NCBI GenBank assembly: GCA_001179505.1
Contig: CDMY01000484.1
Span: 1 to 64,000, forward strand
DNA: 64,000 bases
From: Vitrella brassicaformis CCMP3155
Lineage: Eukaryota; Protista; Chromerida
Reading direction: 5' to 3'
Part shown: in pieces, positions 1 through 14,500 of the stretch
How the letters are laid out: each line of letters begins with the position of its first letter
Position numbering within the stretch: the stretch's first letter is position 1
Program-made: the position numbers and the translations under genes
Notes under the pieces: model-generated
The model's input: only the letters and a program-made list of their open reading frames with translations
Told to the model about the DNA's origin: nothing
The model's database searches: none

Positions 1-430
1 AGCAGCCAAGCGAGCCATAACACGGACGGAAAAGCTGCCAGCGAGCTGAGTGGAAGAGGGTGTAGAATGGTGTGTATGCTGTCTGCGTAAGCGGACACTT
101 CTGCTTTTGTTTTCCGTACCTGATCCAGTCGCCTACTGCGATGATCCAATAGCATGTCGCTGGAGAGAGCTCGCCTTTGCTGGCTGGCGGCATGGGCACC
201 TTGCGCTTGCTCAAGCATGCATGAAAGGAAAACGGCCTGCATGATACATACATGCCTGAGACAAACGTATCGGTGTGCAACGACATACATGATGGATACC
301 ATTCCAGGCTTGGCATTTTAGCCTCTCCCAGCACAGGTGGCAGACCCAATAAGAGAGCGAATCCCAGGAGGAACAGCAGAAAGCTGCACACACGCATCTC
401 CATCTGTGACCATGCAGAGTATCTTATCTA

Positions 431-3400
431 TTATGGTAACCACATAATCCCGACAGAGGAGAGGATCACCACACTGCTTAGCGTCAGCCTCTCCGCGCTG
501 GCTGCTGTCGAAGGAACGTCTTGGCGCAGCATCGTGGAATTGGTCAGCAGCTGGCTCCCCTCTTCTGCTTCCTTCGTGGAATTGAGGAGCACGTTTCTGT
601 GCGACGACTTCTGACAAAACACATTTTACGATATGGACAGTATAACGTGTGCGTGCAGTCGTACATACACAATGCATTGATGAGGAACACTTCCTGAGCG
701 AGTTTACAAATCTCCGTACCTGCTGCTGCGCCATTGCTTCGGTACCAGTACTGTTGCCTTCCACGTGCCAGGCGGGGGGCAGCTTGCCCTGCAGCAGATC
801 CATCACCTGAATGTCGGGACGCATGCACGGATGAATTTACACACCGCACACATGGTCTTACATCCCGCGTGTGGCTCTGGCCAGGGGGGACCACTGGCAT
901 CGGAGCCTCAGGAGACGCAGAGGGGAGCCCTGTACAGGCCACAAGTACATGTATATGTTCTGTTGCAGCCGCTGTTCCCTTTACCCCCCGTTCCGGTGAT
1001 AGCGGTGAAAATGATTAGGTCAAGTAGGGCATAGGATATCAGGTGCTTCAAAGATTCACCCACGGCTGCACGACGTGCAGACGACGGGAGGGACCCTGGA
1101 AAGTCAGTGCACACATATGCATATAGGTACATACACGAATCTTTGCATCTACGCCTACCCTCAGGCATGTCAATGAAGTTAAATCCGACGAATATCGGGA
1201 AGCCGCTGGCCGCGAAAAATGAGTGCACCGTGGACAGCAAGATTAAGCACATCAAAAGCAAATACGCCGGAAGAGAGGAGCTGGCTGTGGTGCTGCTGCC
1301 ATAGAGGAAGTGCAAGCCCACGGCCGCGCTCGCCATCATTAAGAGGGATAGCGCCTGAGTAGCACACATAAAAGCATCCAGACATTTACTTGCGTCGATG
1401 TTACCTGCCCCACAAGCCCAGCGCAGAATAGCTTTTTGACTTGGACTCGCCTACTGGCAACGGCCCAACCGAGAGCAGACACACCTGACGTACGCAACAC
1501 ACTCGTATGAGCTCCTACTCCTTCTCTCCTGCAAACTCACCGTAGCAGAGTGCCCAGACAGAGAAAAGCACGGAGGGCAGCCAGCCATTGTGGAGAAAAG
1601 CATATGACTGAGGGGTGGACGATGTGAGTGCTGCAGGAAAGGTGTATGGAGAGAGGGACAAGGCCAATGCAAATATGATGTGGCCAGAGGCAGGCGCCAA
1701 ACAGTAGCCCACAAGTATCAACCAATTCCTGTACCAACATGGATAAAAAAGAGTGTATCACGCGTGTGTGCATGTGTATGGATGCAGCGAGCCTACCGTA
1801 CAGCCACCTCTCCTCCGAATGCCTGCCATGCCATCAGCTGCACCAGTGACTGACGTATGCTATGAGGGAAGGAACGGTCGATACTTGAGTGGTGCATGTC
1901 CTCTTCTCGGTGCTTGTTGTCTGCACACATTCAATTGTGCATTGTGCACGCACCGGGGATACAGGATGCGATGTAGATCCGCCCATTGTATGCTCTCACC
2001 TCCCTCCGGGATGTCTCCCTGCGAGCCACAATGCGGAGTACCGAAGCCGAATTGGTACAATGCATGTGCCTGCTTGACTACAGACGCCATGGTGACCTGC
2101 TTGTGCTTGTGGTGGCTGGGGCCGGGGGTGTTCTCCACAGACGTACCGTCATCTGACACGTTATCAAAGGGAAGGCACTTAACCTCTGACAACCTCACCG
2201 GGCCTTAACCTCACCTTGCCTTTTCTTCTGCCCCAGCATGGCGACCAGCCACGAAACGCTGCCCCTATCCCTCGTCTGCACTGGCGTATCAGGAGGCCCA
2301 GGCGCAGGGGATGCGACACCGCTATCGGGGGGGTCGGGGCCTTCTACCTCGGCCTCAGTGGCGGACGTGCTCTGCCTGCTCTTGGATGGCTGCATCTGCT
2401 CCAAGTGCTGAACCAACAGGTCATCTGTGACCCCCTCAGCGAATATCATCTCTTCCAGGTCCAGATCCGATTTGATGTCGTCAAGCTCACAGGGAATAGG
2501 GCACGAGCTAGGTCGGCATGTGTCGGCGGCTTCTTCAAACATCGGGTTTGCGATCGCCTGAGACACAGTATACATGCAATGTTCGTAACTGTGCCGCCTG
2601 CATTCTCACAGTTACAGGTGCGTCGTCCGCTGGAAAAGGAGTATTGACGACTGAATTGTCTCGATGAGCACAAATTGCAGACCTGACACACCATACGAAG
2701 GCGTGGTGCTACGTACAAAGGGATTAAACATACGCTCACTTGTACAGTCCGGCAAGCTGGTGCTGCCAGGGGCATAAAGGGAATGACGTGCTCACCGCCT
2801 CCTCAGCCATCTTCGATAGCTCGCTGTCAGACGCCGACATGGCTCGACGAATCGACGCTAACACACAAAATGAAGTGATGTACACCTACACCTTTACGTG
2901 ATGTGCACATACGCACCCTGAAGGCCCGCTCTCATGTCTGTATCGTCGACCACATCGCCCGTCTGGTCGCGAGCGGGAAAGTAGAAACCGGGTACCTTAC
3001 CTGTCACGACATACATTCAAAACAGCGCACACGCGCTTCCATCCGGCAACATGCAGACTACCGAGTCCTCCGACGAGCGAGGCGACCGCTACGCTGCCAT
3101 GCCATGCGAACTCGACATCGACGTAGCTACAAAGACAGACGAGCTCACGCACACATTTACATCTGTGTGTTGCGTACCCGAAAGGCTCGCTCCGTGACGG
3201 CATGATACAAAAGTCAGTGGCCCACTGCAGTGATGGAGGAGGCCGGAGAAAGTGAGCAGCCACATACAGACGACCTTCGAACGCACCGGATGACTGCGGA
3301 AACGCACCATTGTGCACAGATACATCCTCATACACCCGCTCTCACCTTCAGTCTTTCCAGCTTCCTGCGGGCGTATTCCCCGTATGCGTCGCCCACCGGC

Positions 3401-6400
3401 CCGATGCACACCAGCTGGGACAAGGGAAATGTATGCAGCATCCACCGAGCTACATCAGCTATTAGATCGATGCCCTTCTGGTGCACCCAGCGACCCACAA
3501 ACACCCAGACTTTTGCTCGAGGATTCACTACAAGGCCTACATTAAAGATACCCAAGAGCGTGGTGTGTGTGTTTAGTGTAGGCTGGACACACATGATCGA
3601 TCGGTTACTAGATACCTAGTTCTCTCTGCGCCAGCTCTTTGTTCTCGGCCTTCAGGACCATCAAGCGTACGCGTGAGGAGCGGCGGTCGTCAGTAGTCCA
3701 TACGGGCCGCTCCTGAGACAAGGCTCACTCGCGAATGGATGCGTGTGCAGTGTACTTGCATCTGTACCGATTCTGGAACAGGGTTCGGAATAGCATCCAC
3801 TCTTGCGAGCTGCTTTCGGAAAAGCGACATCGTTGCCCAGCTACGTACACACAAACGTACGCGAAGGTAGGTACATTCAAACGCATATGTACGTGGGTGT
3901 TGCTGTGTGCAGACGTACAGCTCATGTGCGTAAGGTGCCGATACGGCCGACACGCCAACCCCCCCTTGGTAGCGGCAGCAGTAACGAACGAGAGCGGACA
4001 GCATATTGAAATGACCTGTCCATAGAGATCCGTAGATACGCATATGCATGTATCATGAGGTGTGTCTGTACCATCGTGTACAGCGTATGTTTGTATGATC
4101 TTCTTTGGGAGCGCGAACATTGACGCCAAGCGATCTAACGCCTTGCTATTGGCCTGCTGAAAGATCTGTGCACACGTTGAAGCAGAGTGTTTACACATGA
4201 GTGCCTGCGTTCGTACGTGTATACCTCTCCCTGGTACTCGGCGTTATGTAGCACGACCATACAGGGCACTCTGCCGATGGGACGGCAGTAGAGAGGGGCT
4301 AAACCTGGACAGAAGCATTGATGTGTGGCGAAATAGACCTGTGCGATAGGCATGTGCGTGTGCATACGTGTGTACCGCTGTGATAGTCTGGGCAATGAAA
4401 GATGTCACAGAGTTCGCTCTCAGGAGGCAGAGGGATCACATTGTCTTGATGTAGCTGTTGAGAAGGCAAATGTGAATGTGAAACAAGTAAACGTACACAA
4501 CATACGACGATGTTAAGAGCAACTGACCTCCCTGTCTTTGTCCTTCCCGTCGCCTTTCACGTAGACCTGAGCACGTTCACACAGTACTGGTCCCACACGT
4601 TCACACAGGATGGGTTGCGGCCACCTGCATGATTGCGCCCACACATTGGTTCCACATGGAGAAGAACGTCAGAGCCCCGCGGGATGACAGACCATTAGGG
4701 TACACTGCACCCTTCCTGCATACATGCTATGTGCAGACCCTCACATGCGCATGACGCTGCGGGCCAATACGCACTTGCACATGGCCGAGAAGATGGGGTG
4801 CTCGCATCGTAGATAAATAACGTGTGTGCCTGTGGGCACACATAGATCGCCCAGGCACAGCAGGCATCACGCTACTTGTGCAAATACCGGGTGTACTGTG
4901 ACTCTCGGCGAGGCTCTCTCTGCGACAAGACCGTATACATAGACACTCAGTGCGTACACACTCATGTACCTATCTGTCGCGGGGTCGCTGCTGTTTGAGC
5001 TACCACGATGAGCATCCAGGTCCAGACCTGCATCAGACCAATACACGTGCAAACAAGCACCCTCCTCGTATGATGTATAGAGATGTACCAGGTCGCACGC
5101 TGGCATCGCCAGTTGTGCACGTGTTTTCGTAGCGCCATATCTTTATCATGTACTGATTATCTGTATCCGTGCGTGGATTCACAGAGAAGATGTGCATACG
5201 TTCGTACCCTCTACAGTGACTTTGACTGTCGGGCAGTATGGATCGAGTCGCCAGTCTGGGCCATATTCAACACCGCCGGCAGACGGGAAAACAAACACCA
5301 TATCACCTGCAAATTGAGTCGTGCATGACTTGATACACTCACATATATATTATGTCTGTGTGCTCAGGGAGTTGCGTACCAGGATGATGTCTGAGCATGA
5401 TGCCGATGACCTTTCCGAGTCCACCGGCATTGACAGAGACGCCCTTGTCGGGGATTTGGTGTTCTGCGTATGTATGTGTGTGTGCCATGTGCATGTCTAC
5501 GTATGCGTATGTGTTAATATGAGAATATGATACAGTGCATATGCTCTATACTGACCTATGCCGCTGATGAATATATTGTAGCGAGTGACTGGCGGCGGAA
5601 GCGAAGACGGACGAGCAGCTGACAGCATCCAGAAAACACCCAAAGATGTGAAATCCATAGAGATACGTAGGGTCTCTCGGTTCACATCTCTCGACAGGGC
5701 CGGACACGACAACGACGTTTGCCATTCTGCGGCAGTGGGCGACAAGCAAGACCACCATGGGGATCAGCAGGTGGAAACAGAAGCTGCCAGTGAGAAAAAT
5801 TCACATGTTGAAAATTTTCACATGCTGCCGTTCAGGCACACATGCAGATATATCAATCGCTCACAGCGTCATGACTCCTGTGTTGGACATGACGCTGGTC
5901 GACAAGTAGGCAGCAGACGTGTGCAGAATTACAGCCGACTCCTCGGGCACAGTCATGTCTGTGTAAACCCACATAGGTGTTAGTGAGGGTGGGCGTCTTT
6001 CCGTGTCGCACCTTTGATCCGTCCCTGCACGTCGACATAGACAAGCGCGTAGGCCTTTCCGCAGCCGCGGGAGCCCCAACGAGCTAGCGCCAGATTGCAG
6101 TACACTCCCTGTTCACAAGACAGATATATGCGTAGATATAATGTAGATACGTGATTATGCTGGTATGTGTGCGTACGCACTGGTGGAAGCTGGGTATCGA
6201 AGTTGTAGCGCATTGCCGCTTCCTGCCCGAAATTGACCACTAGCCACCTGAACACCATGTTCATACGTTCTCACGAATACCCCGCATGTGTACTCTGGAT
6301 GATAACGAACCCCTTGTTCCACGGCGGCTGGTCATTGCCGCGACCAAATGACAGAAGGTTCTGTGCGGACATGTATCCATGTAGAGGTATGTACTGATGG

Positions 6401-9400
6401 ATACGTGTGTGCAAACCTTTTCAACGCCGGGCCTCCCGTGTTTCGGATGCAGAGGCATGTACTGGTTCACGTTGTGCAACGACACATGGTCCCTAAGCTC
6501 GGCACGCCAACCTACATGTGTGAAGACGGAGACGTACACGGCCATTGTCATATGTAGAGACACACAAAGAATGTAAGCATATACCTGCCATGTTCCCGAT
6601 CATGGGTAGCTTGTGCTCGCAGTTGAAGTGAAGCCCATCGTCGTGAAAAGTAGGTGTCATGTCCCAGCCACGCAAACGAGAACTAACACACAGTCCAGGC
6701 ACGTGAATCAGCCATGTCTTAATGTGAAGCAAACCGTATGTCCTGCCACTTGAGTGGATTGCCCCCGGTGTCGATTTCATCATAATCCATGCAGGTGACC
6801 CTCTGTGTACCGCCCACATCAGTCCTGTAGACACATACAATACAAATGCTCAGCACCACATTTGTATTCGATGCGCACCTGGGTGGTCCGACCCAGCCAT
6901 GCGTCTCTTCTATGCGCCCATCTGGTAGGCGAATATATTGGCGGGACCACTCGTAGGAAGACAGCACTCTGTGTTCGAAGGCATGTACACCCCGTGTATG
7001 TGAAGTGGATTCTCCGTGTACGTCAGTGTGCGCACCGTGGTGTGCCGTAGGGCATAGCAAGAGTGAAGACATTAGCGAGGGCCCACAGATTGGGGTGATT
7101 GTAGCTTGTAAGCGCGTCAAGCTGAGCGTATGTACTTGACCTGTCTGCATCCACTCTCCGTGTACAAGCATCGGTACACCCACCTCACATGCGTCCAGAA
7201 GCGTGATATTTTCATGCTTTTTCCGCTGAATTTGCGAATCGCCGAAATCTGCGTATGCACGAATACATGTCAGGGCACGCGTACACGTGTATATTTGCAT
7301 GGCTGAGCCGATACACCTGTGTCAGCTGATTCTCTGAGTGTCATTTTCGACAGCCTAGTTGATGAAAGGTCAGAGAAAGCGATGCCTGAACGTGCATAGC
7401 TGAGAACGCACGCGTTTGAGACTCATGTGCGTGTCTACCCAGGTGTATTCGGCTGGATATTTCTGGACTGGCACTGGCCTTGCCTAGCCGAAGCTGCACG
7501 CATACACATACCCGTAATTCTGCATACGTGTGCATATTGTGTGGCTTCACCATACGTACGGATCACGCAATATGCCATACCTCGGCGTTCGGCAACTTGC
7601 ACGCGATTGGTGGCCTATGCATGAACTGGAGTCTCTCGTTGTCATGGTTTGTCACGAAAAGCAAAGCACTGTCGTACGCCAGGAAGTTCGCACGACCTGC
7701 ATCGCTCACGTCGAGGGCATGAATGGAATGAATACAGGAGAATGATCGTATGTCTGTGTGGGCGTATGCGCACGGACCGGAGAAAGGGAGCATGGCTGGC
7801 GGCGACAAGTACTGTGGCAGATACTTCAGTGGTGGGCACTCCGACGGATGCTGGCCCTGTGTGTAGCGTCGTCGTACAAATATTATTAACAGAGGTTCAG
7901 TGTGTATATGGGTGTGTATGCAAACCTGTGCCAACCGGGTCCTATGACACAGTGTCAGCCCCGTAATGCGCTCACTCCAGTCGAAGAAGGTCACTTGACC
8001 CAGACGCGAATAGTCAGTATAACGGAGACCGGCCTAATGTATACGGTCACAGACAAATGAGGACGCCTCACACATGTGTGCGCACCTTCGGCCGTGGATC
8101 TGACACTTCTAGCAGCAGCCTTGGTCGCGCCTTGTCGGTGCATGGGGGAAATGACACCCCAGCCGAGGTACGTGCCACAATGTCGGCTGTCGTGCATGTG
8201 CCAGTGGAACGGATCCCTACATGTTTTTACGTCTTTGAATGGGCATACCTCTGACCACTGGTGCTTTTAGTGTGCAGTCATTGAGACCGAAGAGCTCTTC
8301 CAAATCTTCATCCCACATGTGCTTGGCTGAAACACAGTCAGACGCAGACGTGCGTTTGCAAAATATATACACACACGTACGGACCTGCGTCAACACGGAA
8401 GCCGCTGATACCGAGCTCAAGCAGTTCTCGAATGACCCTGCGTTGCAGCGATCGCACCTGCACGCAAGATCTGAAATTGTGACGTGCTAAATGTACACAC
8501 ATGCGTCAGTGTACATTGGGAGAGGCGGTCTTCAGGTCCGGAAGCCCCAACAGGCTGACACAGCATCGCACCAGAAACGTTGTGTCCTCGCATCCAATTG
8601 CGCGCGTGCAACAATTGCCTGCAGTCTTTGATCTTGACGGGATCGATGTCACTCGGAGGAATGTAGTCCATGCTGTGTGTTTACAGACGTGCACACACAG
8701 CTGTGTGCGCGCGCAGCCATACACACGTATGTCATGCAGCAAAATACGAACCTGCAGTCATGAAAGTCGTTTCCGGTCAGATTGAGGTCAGGATAAGACA
8801 GCAAAGGGGAGCATGTCCGGGCCTGTACACACACGGCAGAATACATGTGAAAAATACGCATCTGCATATGCCCGCGCCTTCGGATCGTATATCTTCTGTT
8901 CCGGCCTGCATGGGACAATCCGGAAATGATCGGCAGCATCCGTATCGCAACATTGAAACGCTGCCAGGTTGTTCAGCACAACGTCAGCTATTATCTGCAA
9001 GTATACACAAGTGTACGTACACTTGTACGCAGCCACATGTATGTGTACCTGAATGCCCACATCAGCGCACTTCTCTACAGCCCTTCTGAGCGCCTCCACA
9101 TCGCCACTCCGGGACGTGAGATTGTAAGATATTGGCTGGTACCTTTCCCACCTACAGACATGCAAGAAACAAGAACACACACGTACCATGCATAAGTCTG
9201 ACAACTACATCAGATACCATGGGTAGCTGATGGTCTCGCCAGTGGCCGACGCGATTCCCTCGAGAGGCGGCAACGAGCGATGACTGTGCACCGGAGACAC
9301 CTGAACAGGTAATAGTGGGACACGTCTTCGAAGAGAAGACTATTACCTGGACGGCCTTCCACCCATCTGTGGCAAGCCCAGGGCACTCGGTGGCTATGTC

Positions 9401-9511
9401 GTCATAGGGCCACTCAAACAGTTGCAGCACAGCCCCTTCCCAGTAACAAAAGACAGGAAAGACACATACGTGAAACAGCACCAATTGTAAGAGCAGCAAC
9501 AGGGCCTCCAT
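431..9511 (-). CDS. Multi-exon Ags/Mok-like alpha-glucan synthase: signal peptide + GH13 alpha-amylase domain + TM + GT5 domain + C-terminal multi-pass membrane region
   Basis: Exons joined by eye at GT-AG introns. Amylase motifs: LQLFEWPYDDIA, WERYQPISY, ADVVLNN, LLGLPDL, GFRVDAAKHMW (~8300-8450), RPRLLLEVSD (~8100), FVTNHDNER (~7640). GT5/Ags motifs: VNAGGLGKV (~5420), FFSMWNQCV, IFHCPDYH, VVLHNAEYQG, VFVGRWVHQKGIDLIADV (~3500), MPSRSEPFG. Hydrophobic exons at 900-1370. Exact 3' end and exon count uncertain. Confidence 0.85.
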
Positions 9512-9619
9512 GTTCTTCTTAGACGAACCCGTATGGAAAAAACAGGGAATCGGGAAAAGACGGTTTATTTCCATTTATTTCTGATGTTCTCAGCTGCATC
9601 TTTCCTCTCGACTCAAACG

Positions 9620-10060
9620 AAGTCTTGTCATTTGCATGGTCTCTCTGCCTGAAGTAGCCCATCACGTGTCGTTGCCCGCCATGTCTTTTCTTTTGCGTGT
9701 GCATGGTTACGCGTGTGGTTATACTTCGGCGTGCCTCTATGCATTGAGACCAGACTCTTGTCATTCATGCATCGATGCTGCCTCCTGTCCGTGTGTGGGA
9801 CCCTTCTTGCCTCTCTCTGTCTTGCTTGCTTCCCCTGCCTTCCCCCTGCCTTCCCCCTGCCTTTCATGTCCTCGTGCTCGAGTGCTTGGTGGTAGGGGTG
9901 AAGCGGCTGGTGATGTCTTGTCATTGGTGTGGTCTCTTCTGTGCGGTAGCCTATCACGTGTGGTCGCTGCGCCACCATGCCCTTTCTTTTGTGTGTGTAT
10001 GCATAATGCCACGCGTGTGGTTAGACTTCGGCGTGCCTCTCTGTTGCGACCATACTCATG
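9620..10060. repeat. Diverged local duplication upstream of the Ags-like gene
   Basis: The block tcttgtcattt...atcacgtgt...cgcgtgtggtta(t/g)acttcggcgtgcctct occurs at ~9620-9745 and ~9915-10040. Confidence 0.6.
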
Positions 10061-11556
10061 CCATTTCAGCCAGTGCCGCATGTCTGTCTGTGTCTTTATC
10101 ACCGCGGCGGGGCTCCCTACTCTAGCTGCTGTCAGTGAGGCTTGGCGGGTCATGACGCCGACGCGGGGGACGCCCCGCTAGGCGTCATGATGCATGCATG
10201 GCGCCAAGCCTTGACACTGCCTTCTGTCTTCCTCTGCCAGCCCAGCCAGGACTCCCTCTGCATGTGACTGCCACTGCCTATCGACTTAGATCACACCGTG
10301 CTGCCCACTGATCCACTACTATACATGCTGGCCGCTAACTCTGTGGAGTGTGTCACGAAGGGAACGATATAATGGACAACATGCAAAGATATGAGACTCA
10401 GTGCTGTGTGAAGGGATGGAGCGCACCTTAGGTATCGTCTATCATATGTTGCAGGGCCTCATGGCCTGACTGGCTGTTTCCTTCTCTCTCCCTTTGCTAT
10501 CTTCCTGGCTTCCTTGCAGATGGGTCCCGTGTGTATATGGTGGTGTACTCATGTGATTGGCTGCTTGTTGCTTTGGTGGCTCAGAGGGCGCTCATTTTTC
10601 TACTTCCCCCTTCTGGCTTCGGTACACTTGCCATGGCTCTTGCTGGGCGACAGCGCTCGTTCTTGTGTATGTAGCCGGAATCGGTGTTTGTCAACGCTCT
10701 ATAAGGCAGCCAGTGCTCTCTGTTGCCATCTGCTTGTCCGCCGGTGCTAGTGTAGGGAGGGGTAGACAGGCCGTGTGCATGCTTTGCATGTACATGCTGC
10801 TAGTTTAGTGCGTGAGACGACAGGATCCCTCCGGGGTTACAGACACGAGTCTCGTTAAACACAATAACCAACCAACCAAACGTGAAGCACGAAGACTTTT
10901 TGACGCATTGCGTGTCTGTAGTAGTGCAAGCAACACGATCGGGGTCTTTGCATCAGTGTCGGTAGCTCCTGAGGAGGTATTTGCTTGCTTTCACTCTGAC
11001 GGTTGCCAACTCTATTGACATTGCTAAGGTGATTCACAATTGGTGATTAATCAATTGAATCACTTGGATCACTTATGGATGAATCATATAAACAATTCTA
11101 TAATGTGAATCGGACGAAGGTCGATGATGAAGGGCGACACAAAGTGTCTGGCCGGCTGGGAGGTCGGCTGGAGGTCACTTTCTTCTGGAGGAGGTATGCC
11201 AGAAGTTCACAAATGGGGGGAGCGGTATGCAGGTATACCGAGTCAGGATTTGCCACAGGAACTGAACAAGGGGCCGAAGGGAACAAGTGCATTCACGGAG
11301 TCTCATCCCCTCACGAGTGAATGCAATAAGGTTCAGAGACAAACAGATATCCCTGTACCCTTATTCTCAGCAGCTTCCCATATACACAAGTAGACGCAGA
11401 ATGAGAGATTACAGACCAAGACAGGGCCACAGACAGCCACTAAGATATCTAATGGAGTGCAGGTACAGGTGGAAAAAAGTATGTACAGGTACAAAACAGA
11501 TAAGACACAACACTCGACAGATACAAGACTTGTCCACATGTCTGCCTACACACGGG

Positions 11557-14500
11557 TCACTCACTAATTGCAAATTGCTTCTGCGCTCGGCAGAAGCTCC
11601 TACATCTTGCTAACGCCACACAAGTGCTCGTGCCCGCATGTTCCTCCATGATCCTTCTTCTCGGCGGCTTCGTATTCTTCTTGACCTCCGTAATTTCCCG
11701 CTTTGGATCGACGGCCCACACGTCAGGTGATGCGCCAGCCACGTGGAGAATGAAGACGCCCTCCCCTTCAGAGGCAAAAGAAGGTGCGATTGCACGCTCC
11801 TTCCTCTTGCCCATCGCACGCATCCGTCGACCTGGCAAGATGTCAACGTAAAAGTTCTCGTTCCGCTTCAGATCAAACTCGCGTCGTTGAATCCGGTTAA
11901 GCCCAGGCGGGTAAGCCATCCCAGCATCTCCCGTGGCGACGTCAAGGTAGGGCGGTGTGCCCCATAGTTGCTCCTCTTCTCCATCGTCATCGTCACTTGC
12001 CATGATGCCTCCGCTACTTCGGCTTTCTGCTGCTGCATTTACTCGTTTCGTCACCGCTTCCCTCTCCTCCCTTATCTTCTCCACCTGTGCTTTCGTTGTG
12101 TCCTGGACCAAAACGTCTTCCTTCGGCAGGCAGTCGCAGTGCACCGGTCGAGGGGTCGAGGGAGGGATCACACGATCCTTCCTGAGTGTCTGGAGCTGCG
12201 CGTTGGGCAGGATGGCAAAATGGGACGAAACACTTCTGTCGAGGTATTCAAGACACTCGGAGCCGTTACAAAGCCTGCCGCAAGGCCTGAAGTCCTCTCT
12301 GCACCGTTTTTGGTCTTCTCTCGGAAGCGACTGGTAGTTGAGATATACCTGCTCGCCGTTCTGAAAGACAAGAAGCATTTTACAGAGCTGTTGGATGTCT
12401 GTTGAGGTCCGAATGCACGTACCAGGCCGTGTCGCGGTGGCGGCATGACCTTCATAAGATCGATGACAGACTGGAGAAAATTGCGGGAGAAAGCTGACTG
12501 TCGCCACATCATCACACTGCAGGCACGTAGCGAGCAAAGAGGGTGGACATGTCGCCCACTCTTCCAGCTTACCCTGAATTGAAGAACCATGCAGTGACGT
12601 CTGACGTTAGGATGGCATCTTTGTCCGGATTTTCAGCTATGAAGTCCTCCAATCGCTTCTCACAGTCCATGAAGAGCGTATCCTGAATTGGCAACGCCGT
12701 GTGGAAGGGCAGTGAGCAGCCCGCCTGCTTACCGCATCTTTCCACACAACCCACTCGAGGTCCATGTCTGGATCGGTGAGCAAGTTAAAAATGGCCTCCA
12801 GCTTGGCACGATACGCACCCCCTGAGGCAGTCACCGTACAGATGTGATCGTGGCTCATTCGTTCTGTGTCTTGCGTGTGCCCACGGTTGCCGAGCTGTGG
12901 AGCGCTGACATCCAAGGTAATACTCTCATAACCATGGAGTGCCGCGTACCTGTGGGGCATTGTTTGAGGGGGCTTCCACCTGATCCGTGCTTGCATCGAA
13001 CTTACATTCGTTGGTTCTCGAAAGCAATTTCGAGATAGTCAGGCCTGGAGTAGTCTGGTGTCGAACGAAAGGCACCCGTTACAATGGCTATTTTCGACGG
13101 TTTCGTTGCTCTTGACGCTTTGCCGCTCGCAGGCGCCGAATCACCGGCTATGTCGACAGATGGGGAGCAAATCCATTCTCCATTGTTACGGATCCCCTCC
13201 TTACTATCATTGAGCTGTGCGATGCCGCCGGCCGCCGTTGGCTTCGGTATGATCGCTCGAATGGATGAGGGCTTCGGCACGGGAAACTGATCTTGCGGCA
13301 GCAGGCTTGCCAGCATCGTCAAGCAGGCGTCTGGACGTCGTTCTGGCCTCCTTGGAGATATTTCATGCGAAGAGGGGGACGACGAAAGGCTCAACGTGGA
13401 CAGGACAATCGAAGCGTCTTCGTGCGAGACATAGACTCCTGCTAGGTACGGGCATGTCCGTCGTACGGGCCTGTCCGTCTCGTCGTAACTGCATGCTGAA
13501 TGCTAGTGGCGGTGCTGCGTACCTGTCTGGTTGTCGCTCGCCAAACGTGCAATCACCCAATTTAGCGCAACATCCTCGCAATCCATCTCACGACTTATCA
13601 CGTCAAGCAGAGCCCTGTGGCACCACATGCAGCATAGCAGAAGGAGCCGGATGGAACGGAAACGTGTTCGCGTGGCTGTGATGCATACCTCGGCAAGACG
13701 CGTGAGAAGGCCATGAGCAATGAGGTGGGCACCATAGCAAGCCCAGGAAGCAGCAAAGAGGCCCTCTCAGAGGCCACCTCATAGCTGTAGGCAAGCCCCG
13801 TTTACTGTTTTGATTGTCTTGTTTTATCCTTACCTGTACGTCGGAACGTCGGCACCGTCACACTCTATCATGGATCCTCCCAGTCCTTCGAAAGACACCA
13901 GTTTGTCAGGGAAACGGATCGCGGCAGAGACTAGGTACCGCACGAGAGCTGGAAGCATCAAAATAAAGGAAGAATGAGGGGTAAATGGTCATGTATAGCT
14001 TCCTTACGGCAATCAATGGTTCGGTCGTCGTCGAGAAGCAAAACAAGGGGTGTCCTGACGGCCGCCTTTGAAAAGGACCACCGCTCTGCTGTGCGTCGCC
14101 TTCCGAGTAGCAGACGCAGCTTTCTCGGCGAGGAAATGGGGAGTGATGCTAAGTCGACGGCTACTCTCCTCCCTTTCGGATCTCCATCTGACTGCCAGTC
14201 GATCAGGACTTCCTTGACCTCTGGACATGACTGCGCACTAGGGAGCGATCGTCTCAACCATGGGCCGGCACTTTCAGGCGTCGACGTGAGCAGAATGGTT
14301 ACAATATCCTGTGCGTACGGAGGAAATCTGATCAGAGGGATGTGAAAATGCTGGCATATTCACACCTTGGACACAGTATCCGGAAGGGTTCTGTTCAAAA
14401 TAACCAACTCAACAGAAGCTTCGTGACCTGGCTCGTCTTTGACATACTCCACCAGACATTCTCCTGGTTCCCATTCTTCGAGAGGGGGGATGTCCTGCAC

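Noticed and set aside
10812-11330. Possible TE or gene fragment
   Set aside because: No motif, TIR or TSD could be supported.
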